Shown: one piece after another, positions 50,421 to 63,522 of the stretch | How the letters are laid out: each line of letters begins with the position of its first letter | Numbering within the stretch: position 1 is the stretch's first letter | Assembly (NCBI GenBank): GCA_013265495.1 | Contig: MU058781.1 | Span: forward strand, 3,783,050 to 3,847,049 | Length of the DNA stretch: 64,000 bases | Origin: Vicugna vicugna | Taxonomy: Eukaryota | Direction: 5' to 3' | The notes under the pieces: generated by a model | Told to the model about the DNA's origin: nothing | Databases searched by the model: none | The model's input: the letters and a program-made list of their open reading frames with translations, nothing else | Position numbers and translations under genes: made by a program

Positions 50421-51726
50421 ACCTATTTCATCTGGTAAGGAGTTAGTGTAATTTGGAGGGCAGAAATGGCAGCTTCTATGGAAGTGGCATCCTTTCCCTA
50501 CTTCAGGGACCCAGGGAAACCAGAGCTGCAGGATGTGGGCACAGGCATAAGCATTTAACTTCCAGCCAAGACCCTGGGGAAGGAAGAGAGACTCTGCTTT
50601 TTTCTTTCATAACACTTACCGAATGGCTGCTGTGAAACAGTGACCACACAGTTGAACAACATTGGCACAGTCACTGTCTTCGATGCTGGAGGAACACATA
50701 CTTCTCACACTGTTTGGTATCCCATCCAGAGAGATAGTCATAGGGTGTTATGCGGAAAAACACAGAGGGGGCAGTATTTGGCTCAGATTGAAGAATAAGG
50801 GAAAGTTGCCCGAAGGAGGTGACAGTGGAGCTCTGTTTTGAAAGGTTACAAAGATTTGGGGAGGGAAACAAGGAGGAAGAAAGGTGTAACAGGCAGAGAA
50901 AACATGTGCAAAGGCCTGGAGGCAGAAAGACCACACAGATGACTCAAAGAACTCTGGGGAGTTTGTTGGGACTGGAGCATCGGGTCAAGTTGGAGCTTAA
51001 AGAGATTAGGACTCGAGAGATAGGCAGAGGCAGGCTCAGGGAAGCCTTGTTATTATAAAAGATGCAAAAAAAAAAACCAAAAGAATAGATTTTGGGTGCA
51101 AATCTTGTGTGGTGATCTCATGAAATATACAACCTAAACACATGTGCACGGTGGCCCTGGGTGTGCGGACACTGAGAAAAGGCGGAAGACCGGGACCCAC
51201 TGCCGCTTAATGTGAGGGAGGAGGGGGAAGACCAGCCACTCTCTGCCAGAGTGCCCTGAGTTGGGGTCATGAGATTTACCCTGGGGATTATTTTCCCTCA
51301 CTCCCTAAGGCTGCAAAGGACCTTTTAGCCTCCCTTTCACCAAATTCTTTAAAGGGACAACTTGAGGGGTAAGAACGTTCACTGTAGACATCTGTGAGGC
51401 TCGGGTGCACCCAATGGGAAAGGCACTTTGAGGAGCCCCGCCGGGCACTTTGGAGGCAGCAGGGGTGTTGTCACCTGCAGGGCTTACAGCAGGTTTGCAG
51501 AAGTACCACTTGTAGGCTCACTCTCCAGGGACCAGCAAGGAAGGGTCCTGGTGGTTAAGGAGAGGGGCACACCGATCTAAACGCCTGGGGAACTCCTAGG
51601 TAGATGGGTGAGAGCATCCTGTGGCTCTGATCCAGTCCTGCCAAATGAGTCATTCGGGAAAGCTGCTGTGGGAATAGGTCCAGAGATGAAAAGGAGGAGA
51701 TATTCTGAAAATCGAAGAGAATAGCC

Positions 51727-51832
51727 CTTTTTCTTTCTCTCCTCCTCCTCCTCCTCTTTCTCCTCCTCCTCCTCTTCCTTCTCCTCCTCCTCCTCTTCCT
51801 TCTCCTCCTCCTCTTCCCTCTTCCCCTTTTCC
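51727..51832. repeat. (CTC/CTT)n polypyrimidine repeat
   Basis: Pure pyrimidine tract of ctcctc / ctcttc units. Confidence 0.92.
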
Positions 51833-52439
51833 TTGCATTATTGGATGCTGGAGGGAAAGTAACAGTTTCTGCCACAGAGTATGTTCCATTATTTACGGCT
51901 GAGAATCTTTACTGGTTAAAGAGGATTTGGAGACTTTGTTAAATTGTAAAACTCATCTAAACTCTTGGGCTTATTTTTCTTTTTTTCTTTCTCCTCCTCC
52001 TCCTCCTTTTTTTTTTTTGCTAAATCAGAGAAGAAGCAGGCCAAATCAAAATAATTTACTTCAGATTATTAGTTAGGTTTCTCTCTTTCTCAATCCACCC
52101 TACATATTTCTGTCTTATTAATTTTTGGGGATTATAGCTCTGATGACTTTACTTCCTTCAACATTTACAAAAGTTCACTGGCTTTCCAGTCCTCCCAGAA
52201 ATAGCACATGCAGAGGATCTGAGGTGGGGACGAATGTGAAAACCGTGGGCAATGGCAAACAGCGTGGTGTGACGGCAGCAGATCGCGGGATGGAACTGGG
52301 ATCGGTGGATGGTGAAGCTGGAGACGTAGCAGGATCTTGGATTTTGGACTTTGTCATAATGACATGGGGACCCACTGGAGCATTTTAAGCAAAGCCAGGA
52401 CATGATCAGCTTGTAGTTTAGACAGGTCATTTTATTTGC

Positions 52440-52955
52440 ATTAGTCTAGATTCTTGCCAAAAAACTAAAAGCTGACTCTGGCTGGTTAAGCAGGGAAAAA
52501 AGGATTTAATTATAATAACATTGAGTCACAGAATTATTGGGAATCTGGTTTGAGGCTCAGCTTCCATGAACGGGGTCCCAAATCAAATGGCAGAACTGGC
52601 TTGATAAGGAACCTGCTCTTCCATTGTCACTGTCGTCATGGACCACGAGCTGCTGTCAGTGAGTCTGTGTAACCAAAACTTCTTTAGACGCCAGCACTGA
52701 AGCCATTTCTGCACCCTGGAAATCCAGGTGTGCAGACACTGCTGTTCCCTTAATAAAGGAGAGTCTGCATGGGCCAGGTTCCTCCAGCTCTCTACTGCGA
52801 CGTCAGATTCTCACTTAGGAGTCAGGTTGGTGGAGTTTAGGTTGCAACACACCTGCAAAAAAGCCTGAGGAAGCAAATTTTCCAGGTCGATTCCTCAAAC
52901 ATAGAAAGGATGTTCAAAAGGTACCGGCCAGCCAGAAAACATAATAAATATCCAC
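52440..52955 (-). mobile_element. Old ERVL-type LTR (LTR33-like)
   Basis: tgactctggctggttaagcagggaaaaaaggattta start and aaatatccaca end. Family uncertain. Confidence 0.45.
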
Positions 52956-53147
52956 ACTGGTAACTTTTTCACATTGTCCAGTTTTGTGGAAATATACTAT
53001 CTGGACCCGGACATTTGTCTCGTGTTTTGTTTATTTGTTTGTTTGTTTTCAGACATTTATTTTGAATTTAGGCAAGAGGGAGAAAACAATGCTGTTTGCC
53101 AAGTGTAAGTAGGACTTGTCTTTCCAGTTCTGCATTTTAAATAACAA

Positions 53148-53460
53148 CCACAGGGACACAGAGAGACAGAGAGAGGAGATGACAGTGAAAAGACACAGAG
53201 AAAGGGAAGGCCATGTGATGGAAAGTTGGAGATGGGAGGGATGCATCTGCAAGCAAAGGAAAACTAAAGATTGCTGGCAACCACCAGAAGCTAGAAGAGA
53301 GGTGTGGGACAGATTCTTCCTCAAATCTTCTGGAAGGAGCCAACCCTGCTGACACCTTGATTTTTCACTTCCAGCCACCAGAACTGTGAGAGAATTAATT
53401 CTTGTGGCTTTAAGCCACCCAGGTTATGGCACTTGTTACAACAGCCCTAGAAAACTAACA
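53148..53460 (+). mobile_element. MLT1B/C-like LTR 3' half
   Basis: gattgctggcaaccaccagaagctagaagag...ccaaccctgctgacaccttgatttt...cagccctagaaaactaaca. Confidence 0.85.
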
Positions 53461-55274
53461 TTCTCCTTAAATTCTGTGACTCGTATGTAAAGAAGATATT
53501 TAAATTTTTAATTTTTCACTTCTAGGAAACAGACAAGATCTCTGAATTACAGTGGTGCAACTTTTACACTTTGTATAACTTTACATACTATTTATATCTG
53601 TAAACACAGGCCTTCATGTTTGCATACAAGTTCTTACCTCTAAATGAACATGTCTAGATGGTTTCCTTCAGCCAGCTTTGGAGTTCAAAAGAAATGACTA
53701 TGCAAAAACCAATAATTTTGTATAAATATATCTATGTAGCTATTTTGAATTCACATATTACTCGTTTGCATCTCTCCTTTGGAAGAAATGGCATGATACA
53801 AATCCAACAGTACATACTCATCAAGGTACAGTACATTTTCTCTTCTGAGAAATTAGTCAGGCCATTGATAGAGGATAGAAGGAGAATCTCACAAATTCCA
53901 GAGCAATAAGTGGATCGAAATTGATTTCAACCTGTTAAAAATACTCAGGGGCACCTGATCAGTGGGGGAGGAGACTGGGGGCAATAAAAGCATATTAACC
54001 CTTACCCAGCAATGAAGATAAGTTTACTCAGGTTACTTGATTAATCAACAAAATTGCTTAATCAACACTATTTACTGATTGCTTACTCCCTGCTTATGAC
54101 AAGATAATTATCATCATTATCCTTATCGTAAGAATATTGCTGCTATGGGTCTTTTTCTATCACGCTTGCTTCACCCAGCTCAGGCTACAGGGCATTCCAA
54201 GTCCAGTCCCTTAGGGAAGACTTGTAGTGATACAAAGAAAAACAAGAGTCAATCTTTAGCTTCGGAGTTTCAAACCAGACTTCTGTTCTACAATGCAGGT
54301 TTTATTATTATTCAGGTCGGGTGAGTCTCCTGTGTGATCCTGTGCCCTAATGGCGACAGTCCTGTGCTTCTCAAACTAAGAAGTCTTCTCTGATTAATTT
54401 GTAATTTTTTTTCTGTCTTCAGTTGGGAAATAGTCATTTATTTGGATATAGATAAGCTTCTCCTTTATATATATCCAGAACTCGTTTTTCTTATCATTAT
54501 TTTTCTTTTTTTTTTTTTACATTTTTTATTTTTTTACATTCATTATTTTTGCCATTTCTCTTACCACTAGCATAAGTGCATTCTTTTAGTGGATTGGAAT
54601 ACGGTTAGAAAAAGAATAGATTCTACTTGCTTGTGCTTTTCTTTCCTTGATCAACAGATATTTATAATAGACTTAAGGGATATTTATGTCTTCTATTTAA
54701 GATGTATAAGTGAAAGAACTATATGGAATCTGAATTATTGTGCTTTGAGAATATAATCCACATGGACATAAAGTAGTCACATAACTCTAATTATTTGATA
54801 CTGGTGATTTTGGAAAACACACTTTTTTCCAAATTTGACTATGCTTTGTCTTGATAAAATGCCATTTTTGTAAGTTGCTCAGCACAGAAGACCTCCGTGA
54901 AGTAGCCAATGCAGGCATCCGACGCTAAGTCTGTATTAAATGAAGCATCTCTCCTAATGAACTTCAGGAATCCTAGAGTCTGTGGGAAGAATAAGAAGGA
55001 AGAAAGGGCACCAGCTCTCCCTCCAGATGGAAGGTTTGACTGTGGCCAGAACTGCGGTCACCACGCTGGCGGGAAGAGAAGGCGCCATCTGTGGTGGCAA
55101 CTGAGCTCTGGCCTTTCCCCAAGAGAGCCACATCCGTGCCATAGCTCCCTGTGAAACCAGAAAAGATAGCTACACTTTACAACTTTTTTCTGCTGTCCCC
55201 AAAACAATGACTTTGATTTTATATGAAAAGATACATGTTTACAAAACTGAGAAATTATGTGATGAATTTTCACT

Positions 55275-55520
55275 TGAGCATAAGGGTTAAAACTCTTAAG
55301 TTCCGGAGCCAGAATCCCTGAGCCTGAGGCTTGGTTGTATCACTTCCTACCCTCAACTTTGGGTAGTTCACACTATCCCTCTGTGCCTCAGTCTCCCAAT
55401 CTGCAAAATGGGAACACTAACAGTATTTATCTCCAGGCTGTGCAAATAAAATGAATTATGTAGGCAAAGCATTTAGAGCAAAGAGTAAGCATCCAATAAA
55501 TACTATTATTATCATTGTCA
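55275..55520 (+). mobile_element. MIR SINE
   Basis: ctctgtgcctcagtctcccaatctgcaaaatggg core and aaagcatttagagca tail. Confidence 0.8.
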
Positions 55521-56168
55521 TTTAAATACTGGGCTCCTTTATTATATTTGAAATGTTTTATTATGGGGCATAGATGAAGGATCCCTGGATTTGGATTCAG
55601 AACCAATGGGTTTTGATCCCAGTTTTCCATTATCCTCATAAGACGCCTTGAGCATGAGCCTTATCATCTCTGGGCCTGAGCGCCTCACTTATAAAATGGG
55701 ATAAGATGATATCTAAGTGCTCTCTCAACGCAGGTATTATTTGCCTCTTTTTATGACTTCTGCTGAAACTTACAGCTACCTTAAAAGACTTGTCCTAGAA
55801 TTAAACCTACACTAATAGTATCTACACACACGCTCGCACACACCTTATGTGGGATTTACTTTACACACCCCTAGGCTGATGCAGAACCATTGAGCAAAAC
55901 AGGAATTGTTTTCCTCCTTTTCAGGTCACAGTGATACCACATTGCAGAAAATTACTGAGTTCTGTGGCTTACAACACATACAGGCATAACCAAACAACCC
56001 CAAATTCCTACAAATAAGATTTTTGATATGAGCCCATAATATTTTGACAAGCCATTCAGCCTGGTCATTTTGATATAGATTCATTTCGACACAGCCTTCA
56101 AAGCTAACACCATTAAGAGGAAGAAGGAAAAAAAGTTAACATGAAACATACAGGTTTTGGAAAAAATT

Positions 56169-56658
56169 GTCATCATAGTTTGAGTCCTTCTGAAAGTTGA
56201 ACCTGAATCAAAGACGTGAAGGAGGGGTGATTCTGGGAAACCAAAAAGAAGGGGTGGAGAGAGACCAGGAAAGAGGGAAAGCTGATTTATAGGTGAGATA
56301 TCCAGGTGATGGGGGTTCAATTCCACCTGGATCCGAGAAGGGTACAGGTAGCCTCCCAGAATTGTCTCTCTGCAGGATGAGACGGTGGGGCACTCTCCAC
56401 CACCAGCTCTGTCGTCCTCCATTGGTGGAAGGTCACCTGAGAAGTGTTCATTGCAATTGCCCTCCGTGTCCAGGCTGTGTTTTCACGAAGTCCAAGTGGG
56501 CTCCTGAGGGTTCAGAGAAGGACTTGTGGCTGGTCATGGAGATGGTCGTGGGCTCTGTAGGTCTGACTGTAAACCTGCAGGAACCATCCACTGCAAGTGT
56601 GACCAAAATCAGAGCAGAGTTAAGCAGGTGGGACAGAGGGCACCAAAAAAGTTTCTAC
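56169..56658 (-). mobile_element. Old ERVL-type LTR (LTR16-like)
   Basis: TG...CA bounded, with tagtttgagtcc...gaacctgaatcaaaga start and gggcaccaaaaaagtttctaca end. Family uncertain. Confidence 0.4.
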
Positions 56659-57419
56659 ATTTTGCTGTTAAATGGGTTAATGCCTCACCATGTCCGAACA
56701 GACATTTTCCTCAAGACTTTTTCCATCATTGTTGGGAAAATGAGTGTGAGGAACGGGACGGGGCTGCCACAGGGGTAAAGATCAGGGGTATCTGTACGTC
56801 TGCGGCGAAAATTGATGAGAAAGGAACAGTTTTTACAATTTGGATGCAGTTATTTTGATGTGGGGGTAAGGCAGAAATGGAATGGGGCTCAGGGTGGGGG
56901 ATAAGTGTCAGGGATGTTTGTTTGGAACATTACTAAGCCATAAAAGCAGTGTTTCTTCAAGCAATGTTTTTATGCATTTGACAACCAATTGGTCAAACGC
57001 CTTCCCCTCACCCTCCGTGTTAAAACAGCCGGTTGTGACCAGCAGTGTAAGCACATCCCACCTAGCTGGATGTAAACTAATTGAAATGAAAGTGGATTTT
57101 GGATAAGGTAATATTTATGCCAATATCTGTACAAAAAAAGCTACCAGGAGAGGGCTATTTGGGTGACACGTCATTCTTGCTACATAGCCATGAAAAGGGT
57201 GATCAATATTTTGACACAACTATTTTGAGAGTGATAATTTGTTACATTTAAAAAAGTCATTCGACTTTCAACTTTTTAAAATTACCAAATCACCTGCTTA
57301 ACAGATACTTCCACCTCTCCAGGCCCTCTTCCTACCCGTGACTCTCATTCTTTATTCCTTCTCTTTTTAAAAATACTTCATTTTTAAAGGTAGAGTTTTG
57401 TTTATCGAGTTTTTCTAAT

Positions 57420-58150
57420 TTTTAAAAATTCTGATGAAAATATACATAACATAAAATTCACCATCTTCGCCATTTTTTAAATGTATGATTTAGTGGCATT
57501 AAGTACATTCACATTGTTGTGCAACCTTCACCATCACCCATCTCCAGAACTCTTTTCTGTCTTGCAAAACTGAAGCTTTGTCCACGTTAAATACTAGCTC
57601 CCCATCCCCACTCCCCCAGTCCCTGGCAACCACAATTCTATTTTGTCTGTGTGAACTTGACTACTCCAGGTATCTCGTATAAGAGAAACTGCAGTATTTG
57701 TCCTTTTGTGACTGGCTTACTTTATTCAGCTTAATGTCCTTAAGGTTCTTCCACATAGTAGCATGTATCAGAACCTCCCTCCATTTCACTGCTGAATAAC
57801 ATCCCATTATATGTGTGTTTCACATTTTGCTTATCAGTACACCTGTTTCTGGGGGCACTCGGATTGCTTTCGCCTTTTGGCTGTGGTGAATAATGCTTCC
57901 ATGAACACAAGTGTATACATATCTCCTTGAGAATTTGCTTTCAACACTTTTGAATATATATACCCAGAACTGCTGGATCATACACTAATTCTAGTTTTAA
58001 TTTTTTGAGGAACTGTCTTACTGTTTTCCATAGTGGCCGCAGCATTTTACATTCCCACCAACAATATGCAAGGGTTCCAATCTCTCCAGATCCTCACCAA
58101 CAGTTGTTTTCTGTGTTTTTGATAGCAGCCATCCTAATGAATGTGAGGCA
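57420..58150 (-). mobile_element. L1MB-like 3' end
   Basis: aacataaaattcaccat...cattcacattgttgtgcaacc...ttttacattcccaccaaca motifs. Confidence 0.88.
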
Positions 58151-58994
58151 TGCCTTCCCTTTTAACTGGTACAAGGATGTGAGGATTCCAATTACTTGAG
58201 ATCAGTTGCCCGGGAGAGCTTCTGGGTAAAGACAGCCAGCAGCTCTTGGCAGCGGTTAAAGAATCAGTGCACAAGATATATTGAGCTAGAAAATGCATCA
58301 CCACCCAAAAGTTAATTGGGATCACAGAAAACAGGCTCATCACAGTCACTGATGGTATTTTAATAGACTCAGTCAGGACAGAGGGAAAACAAACCCTACT
58401 GCGTTATGGTGCCGTGGCAGGGGAGAGGGTGAGCAGGAGTGCACACTTCTGTTTTGCTCCAGAAATTCAGCCAGAAGTAAAAAGCAGTGAAGAGATACCC
58501 ATGAGGAATAGGGGTGGGACCAGTCAAAGCTGCTTTGACTTTTACTTTAGTGAAATGCTTCTTGGAACAAACCCACCTCTCACTCTCATTAGTGCTCACC
58601 TGGGAGCCTTAAGGTAGTGAAAGAAAAGTGTCCACCGGGTGGTGTCACCCCAGGTGAGGTCTTGGGGCTCAGCCCGCTCCAGCACCGTTGGCTTCCTCTT
58701 CGCTTTGTGCTTCCTCTGAGGGTGGTCCCAGGGATTTTTTAACCTCGTGTCTATACTTGTGGCTCACCCTCTTGGCATGAGTGGGAGTTACTTCTGTTGT
58801 AAGAAAATGTTTTGTTTTCCCCACACCCCCACATTTCGTTTTACCAGAGTTCAACCCCTGGAAACAAGTCTGTGGCACCCATCTGAAGTAGTTAAGATGG
58901 ATCTGCACAGCGATATTTGTGAAGGAGGGGGATTAAATATGGAAAACTGAGGGATGGGATGTGTTTCCTGTGCCAAAAACCTAAGGGCCACCTG

Positions 58995-59189
58995 TGCACA
59001 GAGTTAAGACCAGGTGAGGACAGAGGGAGAAGGCGGCCGTCTGCAAGCCCGGGAAAGAGGCCTCTGAGCCAACCTTGCTGACAGGTTGGTCTGGGACTTC
59101 CAGCCTCCAGGCTGTGAGCGCATACATTTCAGTTGTTTAATTCCACCAGTCTGTGGTTCTTTGTTTCGGCAGCCACAGCTGACTCACAC
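58995..59189 (+). mobile_element. MLT1A/B-like LTR 3' part
   Basis: gagaaggcggccgtctgcaagcc...ggacttccagcctccag...ccagtctgtgg, ending in CA. Confidence 0.8.
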
Positions 59190-59239
59190 AGTGACTTTGT
59201 CCTGGCGAGATAAGAAAACCAGTTTGTCTTCTTTTCTTC

Positions 59240-59256
59240 TGTGTGTGTGTGTGTGT

Positions 59257-59296
<40 letters not shown>

Positions 59297-59350
59297 TAGA
59301 GAGAGAGAAAGAGACAGATGGAGGGAAAGAGAGAGATTGAGAGAAAGAGA
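59240..59350. repeat. (TG)n microsatellite followed by a GA-rich tract
   Basis: About 27 TG units with one TA interruption, then agagag repeats. Confidence 0.95.
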
Positions 59351-59439
59351 AATAAAGGTGGAGGAGAGAGCAGGTGGATCCTTTTTTGGAGAACAGAGTT
59401 AAGGAGGTGGTAACTATTCCTTCCCTCTGCCCTCCTTTG

Positions 59440-59810
59440 GTAGCCATCTCCTGGGCGGGTGGCCTCGACCACAGGCTGAGTCACGCCGGGGGCGGGGCCG
59501 GGCAGGGATGGCTCGCCCACTGGATGTCGCGGAGGAGCGGCGCCTGGACCAGGATCTGCGCCAGAGCCTCGGGCGCCAACTCTGTAGACCCGGGCGAGAG
59601 AAGCCCACCCACGACTCCCCCCACCAAGCCCGCAGCGGCCGCCCGCCACGTGGGGGCTGGGACACGCAGGGAAGGACCTGGGGCCAGGCGAGGTGAGCAC
59701 AGGTGGGGCGCAGGTGAGGCGGGGGAGGGGGCGAGGGACAGCGTGGGCGGCCTGGCCCCGCGCAGGTGGGAGGAGGGGGGCTGCCCCCTGGACAGAGACC
59801 GAAGCTAAGG
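59440..59810. promoter_or_regulatory. Second CpG-rich promoter-like island
   Basis: High GC/CpG. AP-1 TGAGTCA 59477-59483, GC box 59488-59499, E-box CACGTG 59647-59652, plus-strand donor-like GTGAG at 59693 and 59714. Confidence 0.65.
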
Positions 59811-60089
59811 AGACCCCAAGTGACACATTCACGGCTGGATGGAACTGTGCTTTACTCAACTGGGCTGAAATTGCCTAAAAGAACTGAAACTTAATTACTA
59901 GCTTTCAGTTTTCTCTCGTCCTGCTTCTGTGGCGCCCAGAGGGAGAGTGGGCGAAGTTTCACAAACCAAAGTCATTATCCACTACTGAGAAAAAGAAACC
60001 GCCCCACCCTTGGTCTCAGTGAGCTAAGAATCCTGTATTCTGAGATTCCAAAAGAGTTGGTTCAAGGACCACTGTTGGACAAGGACTAT

Positions 60090-60291
60090 TGTGATAACAG
60101 AGCCTTTAATACACAGAGGAAAAAAAAAATAGGAGAAATAGACAAATCCAACCTCACAATGAGACATTTTAATACACTGTTTTCAATTATTTAAGATCAA
60201 AAAAGTAAATCAATAAGGACATAGAAGATTTCAAAACTACTAACAATATCATAACATGACATAGTATGAACTCTTGCATCCAAAAATTGTA

Positions 60292-60336
<45 letters not shown>

Positions 60337-61120
60337 TATAAATATATATATATTTAAAAAACACATGGAACAAATATAAAAATTGACCAGGAATGGGCCA
60401 TAAAGCCCATCTTGACAAGTTTCAAAGAGCACATTTTCTGATCACTGTGAAATTAAGTTGGAAATCAACAAGAAGAACAAAACTTCTGAATATTTAGAAG
60501 TCGAAAAAACACATTTCTAAATACCTCATGGATTAAGCTAGAGAGCACAATGGAAATTTTTAAATGTTGAAAATGCAATGATAATATTACACGTGAAAAC
60601 CTAAAGCATGTAGCTAAAGAGGTATTTCATGAGAAAATTTTGGACGAAAAAAAGCTGAAAACTCAGGAAGGAAAAATTCAGGAGAAAAAAATATAAAACA
60701 GAAAATAAAGAAACTGCTGGTTCATTGAATGACAAATTTCTGGGAGTGAAAACTAAAAGAAAATCTGAAATTAGACATATGGTAATAAACCTGCAAAACA
60801 TCAAAGACAAAGCAAAATTCTTCAAGTAGCTAGAGAGGAAACACTGATCATGCAACAAATTTAACCAAATTGGACCCATAGTGGAGGTTCCAAGATCAAA
60901 ACAGAAGCCAGAGGAGATGGAAACAATAGATTTAAAGTGCTGAAGGAAGATGATTATCAACCTAGAACTGTCCACTCAGGGAAACTGTTCTTCAATAAGA
61001 AAACTGACATATAGACAATTCTAATAAATAAGCACTGAGAGTTTGTCACCAACAGATTCTAAAAAAGGAATTTCTAAAAGCTACAGCTCAAGAAGATGGA
61101 AAAGCACCTCAGAAGGAAGA
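60090..61120 (+). mobile_element. Decayed L1 fragments (ORF2 endonuclease-region piece, then ORF1-region piece) with (TA)n at 60295-60354
   Basis: ggagaaatagacaaatcca...aataaggacatagaaga (ORF2 start) and atcaacctagaact...ctgagagtttgtcaccaacaga (ORF1 end). Multiple stops. Confidence 0.7.
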
Positions 61121-61827
61121 GCCCGGGTTCTCATCCAGATCTTCTGACCTACTTTTTATTATAGATTTTTTCCCCTTCTGACACATTGTATATTTTTCTT
61201 ATCCATTTGATTTTTGTCTCCCTCCTCCTCTCCTTGCCCGTGCCCAGGGAATAGTATATAGAGTTTCTCAATAAATATTTCTGGGAGTGACAGTGTGTGT
61301 CTTTAGCATCATAAAAAGGAGCTTAACTTCACAGAGGGATTTACAGTGATAACATAAAAATACGGTTTTTAAAACCTTCCTATTACCCAAAGTCGTTACA
61401 GGATCATCTCCCTAACGGGCAGCTGTGTCTGAGTCATGGCGCACTTCCCGTCCTGCTTCACAGCTCCTTTACTCAGAGCCAGAAGATCCCCGGCACAAAT
61501 AGCACTACCACTTTATTATTCCCTGCTTGGGAGCTGCTGTGGTTTGGCTTGTTGTTGGAGAGATTTTTAAAGACAAACGTTCAGGATCCTTGCTGGTTGG
61601 AGATTAATGAAAATTGAGATGATGCATTTCTGGCTGAGTCACTACTTTTTGCCCTCAGAGTGTAGTTTATACAACAATGAGCCTTTCCTTGACTTCTCAC
61701 TTGAATATGAATACTTTAATATTCATGATAGTTACAGAAAACAGTGACAGACAATGACTTTGAGGCTCTGAGCAGTGCAGCTACCTCTTCTGGCTAGCAA
61801 CTTCTTGAAATTCCTCCTTCTGGCTAA

Positions 61828-61983
61828 GTGTGTATGGGAGAGTGTGTGTGTGTTTGTATAAGCACTGTGTATGTGTGAGCATGTAAGGTGTGTGTGTGAA
61901 TGTGGGATGTACATGCATGTGGGGGGTGTATCAGTATGTGTATGCGTGTGAGCATGTGGGGTGTGTGTGTGTGCGTGTGTGTA
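61828..61983. repeat. Degenerate TG-rich low-complexity tract
   Basis: Interrupted gtgtgt / atgtgt runs. Confidence 0.85.
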
Positions 61984-63522
61984 CATGGTGGGGATGCTCT
62001 GAGACTTTGGGATGCGTCCTGACTGCTGCTTTTTCCTGGTACCACCTGCCCCTGATGCTCTGGTCACCATAGAGACCGTCTCCTCATCCCTCTGTGGCTG
62101 CTCCATGTGACCGTGCTTTGGAGACTTTCTCCTTCAATGAACTCCATGTAACTCTGTGCTGCTGCTGCCCCACTGCCCCTTGCTTTTAACTTTACCACTC
62201 TCACTGCTGTCATCGACTTTGTTTTTTCAGGGAGCTGTTGGTAAAAATTCTTCTAGTCCAACACAGCTGCCTGCGTAATGATCCACAGAAAGGTGGCCTT
62301 GCGTTTCCCTCTTAGGGCCGGCTAGTCCCCCTCATCCCCCTCTCCTTCTCCTTCGTTTTGGTCTCTTTAGGAAGATGCTCCACCCCCTCCCTCCCACTCT
62401 CTTCTTCTCTGTTTTGGAGTTTGAAATAATTGTAACTTTTCAAAAACACATCAATTCCACAAAATAGGGTACGAGTCATCTCCTTAACACAAAAGCTAGG
62501 TTTTATTTGATAAATTATATTTTCATGACTGATACAAATGTTTCCCTCACTTGTAACTTTAGATTTTAACTGTTTAAAACAAGAAGCTTATACTTGGAAA
62601 ATGAAACATTTTTCTCCTCTGGAGCATTCTCTGGGGCATTTCATTTTTCTCCCTATTATCATTACGGAACAGAGGACGTTTAGCTCTTGGAAACATTATG
62701 TACCAGTTTTATAATTTTGCTAGTTCTTTTCTCTTCTTAATTGCTCTTTGGATTTTCTCCAAAATGTTAACATTTCTGCCTAATTAAAAGGTGCCAAAAA
62801 CATGGCCATATTTCTTGCCCTAGCTTGAAGCTAAGCTAACTCAATTCATAACTGAGTGAGTCCTCATCTAACTCAGAATTCAGCCAGTCAAGCTGTGAGG
62901 AGACAAAGAATCAAACCTCAAATGCCAAGAAAGACATTTTATAAGAAGTACAGGACACTTAAAAATTGAGGCTCACAGTCCTATCTGTAACACAGTGCTT
63001 CTCAAACTTAGGAATCAGAAGGAGAGCTCATGAAAAAGGAACAAGTCTAGGCTCACCTCATGCTGAACTAGAATCTTCAGGGAATAGGGTCCAGATAAGA
63101 CTGAGAACTACTGTCAAAAAATGCAAACAGCTGAAGATAAAGGGCCTATTGGCTGGAGTGAGAATCTTGAGATCAAACTTGTAGCAAACTGAGTTCACTT
63201 CAGTAAAGGAGAGAAAGAATGAAGGGGACTAATGATTAGTAGGCGCCAGCCTCAGGGCCTTTGCACTTGCTATTTCCCCTACCTGAAATGCTCTTTCACC
63301 TCCACCTCTTTCAGTGTCAGCTAAAGTGTACTATGGCTATGGTCAGAGAAGCCTTCCATGATGATCATATCTAAGGAAGCAACCCCTCTTCTGGCTCCCA
63401 CTTTCTATTATCTCCCCCTGTTTTGCTATCTTTATAGTACTAATCACTGTCTGAAATTATCTTTTTTTTTAAGGTTTATTCTTTATTGTCTGTCTCCCTC
63501 TACTGGAATGTACCTCCTGAAT

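Noticed and set aside
51555..51889. Poly-Arg (protamine-like) and poly-Gly ORFs
   Set aside because: Simply translations of the (CTC)n tract.
56081..56858. Cluster of 110-161 aa ORFs, possibly retroviral
   Set aside because: No gag/pol/env motifs. They overlap an old LTR-like segment.
59137..59859. 240-aa minus-strand ORF and overlapping ORFs
   Set aside because: Runs through a GC-rich island, a (TG)n microsatellite and an MLT1 LTR. Low complexity, with no homology recognised.
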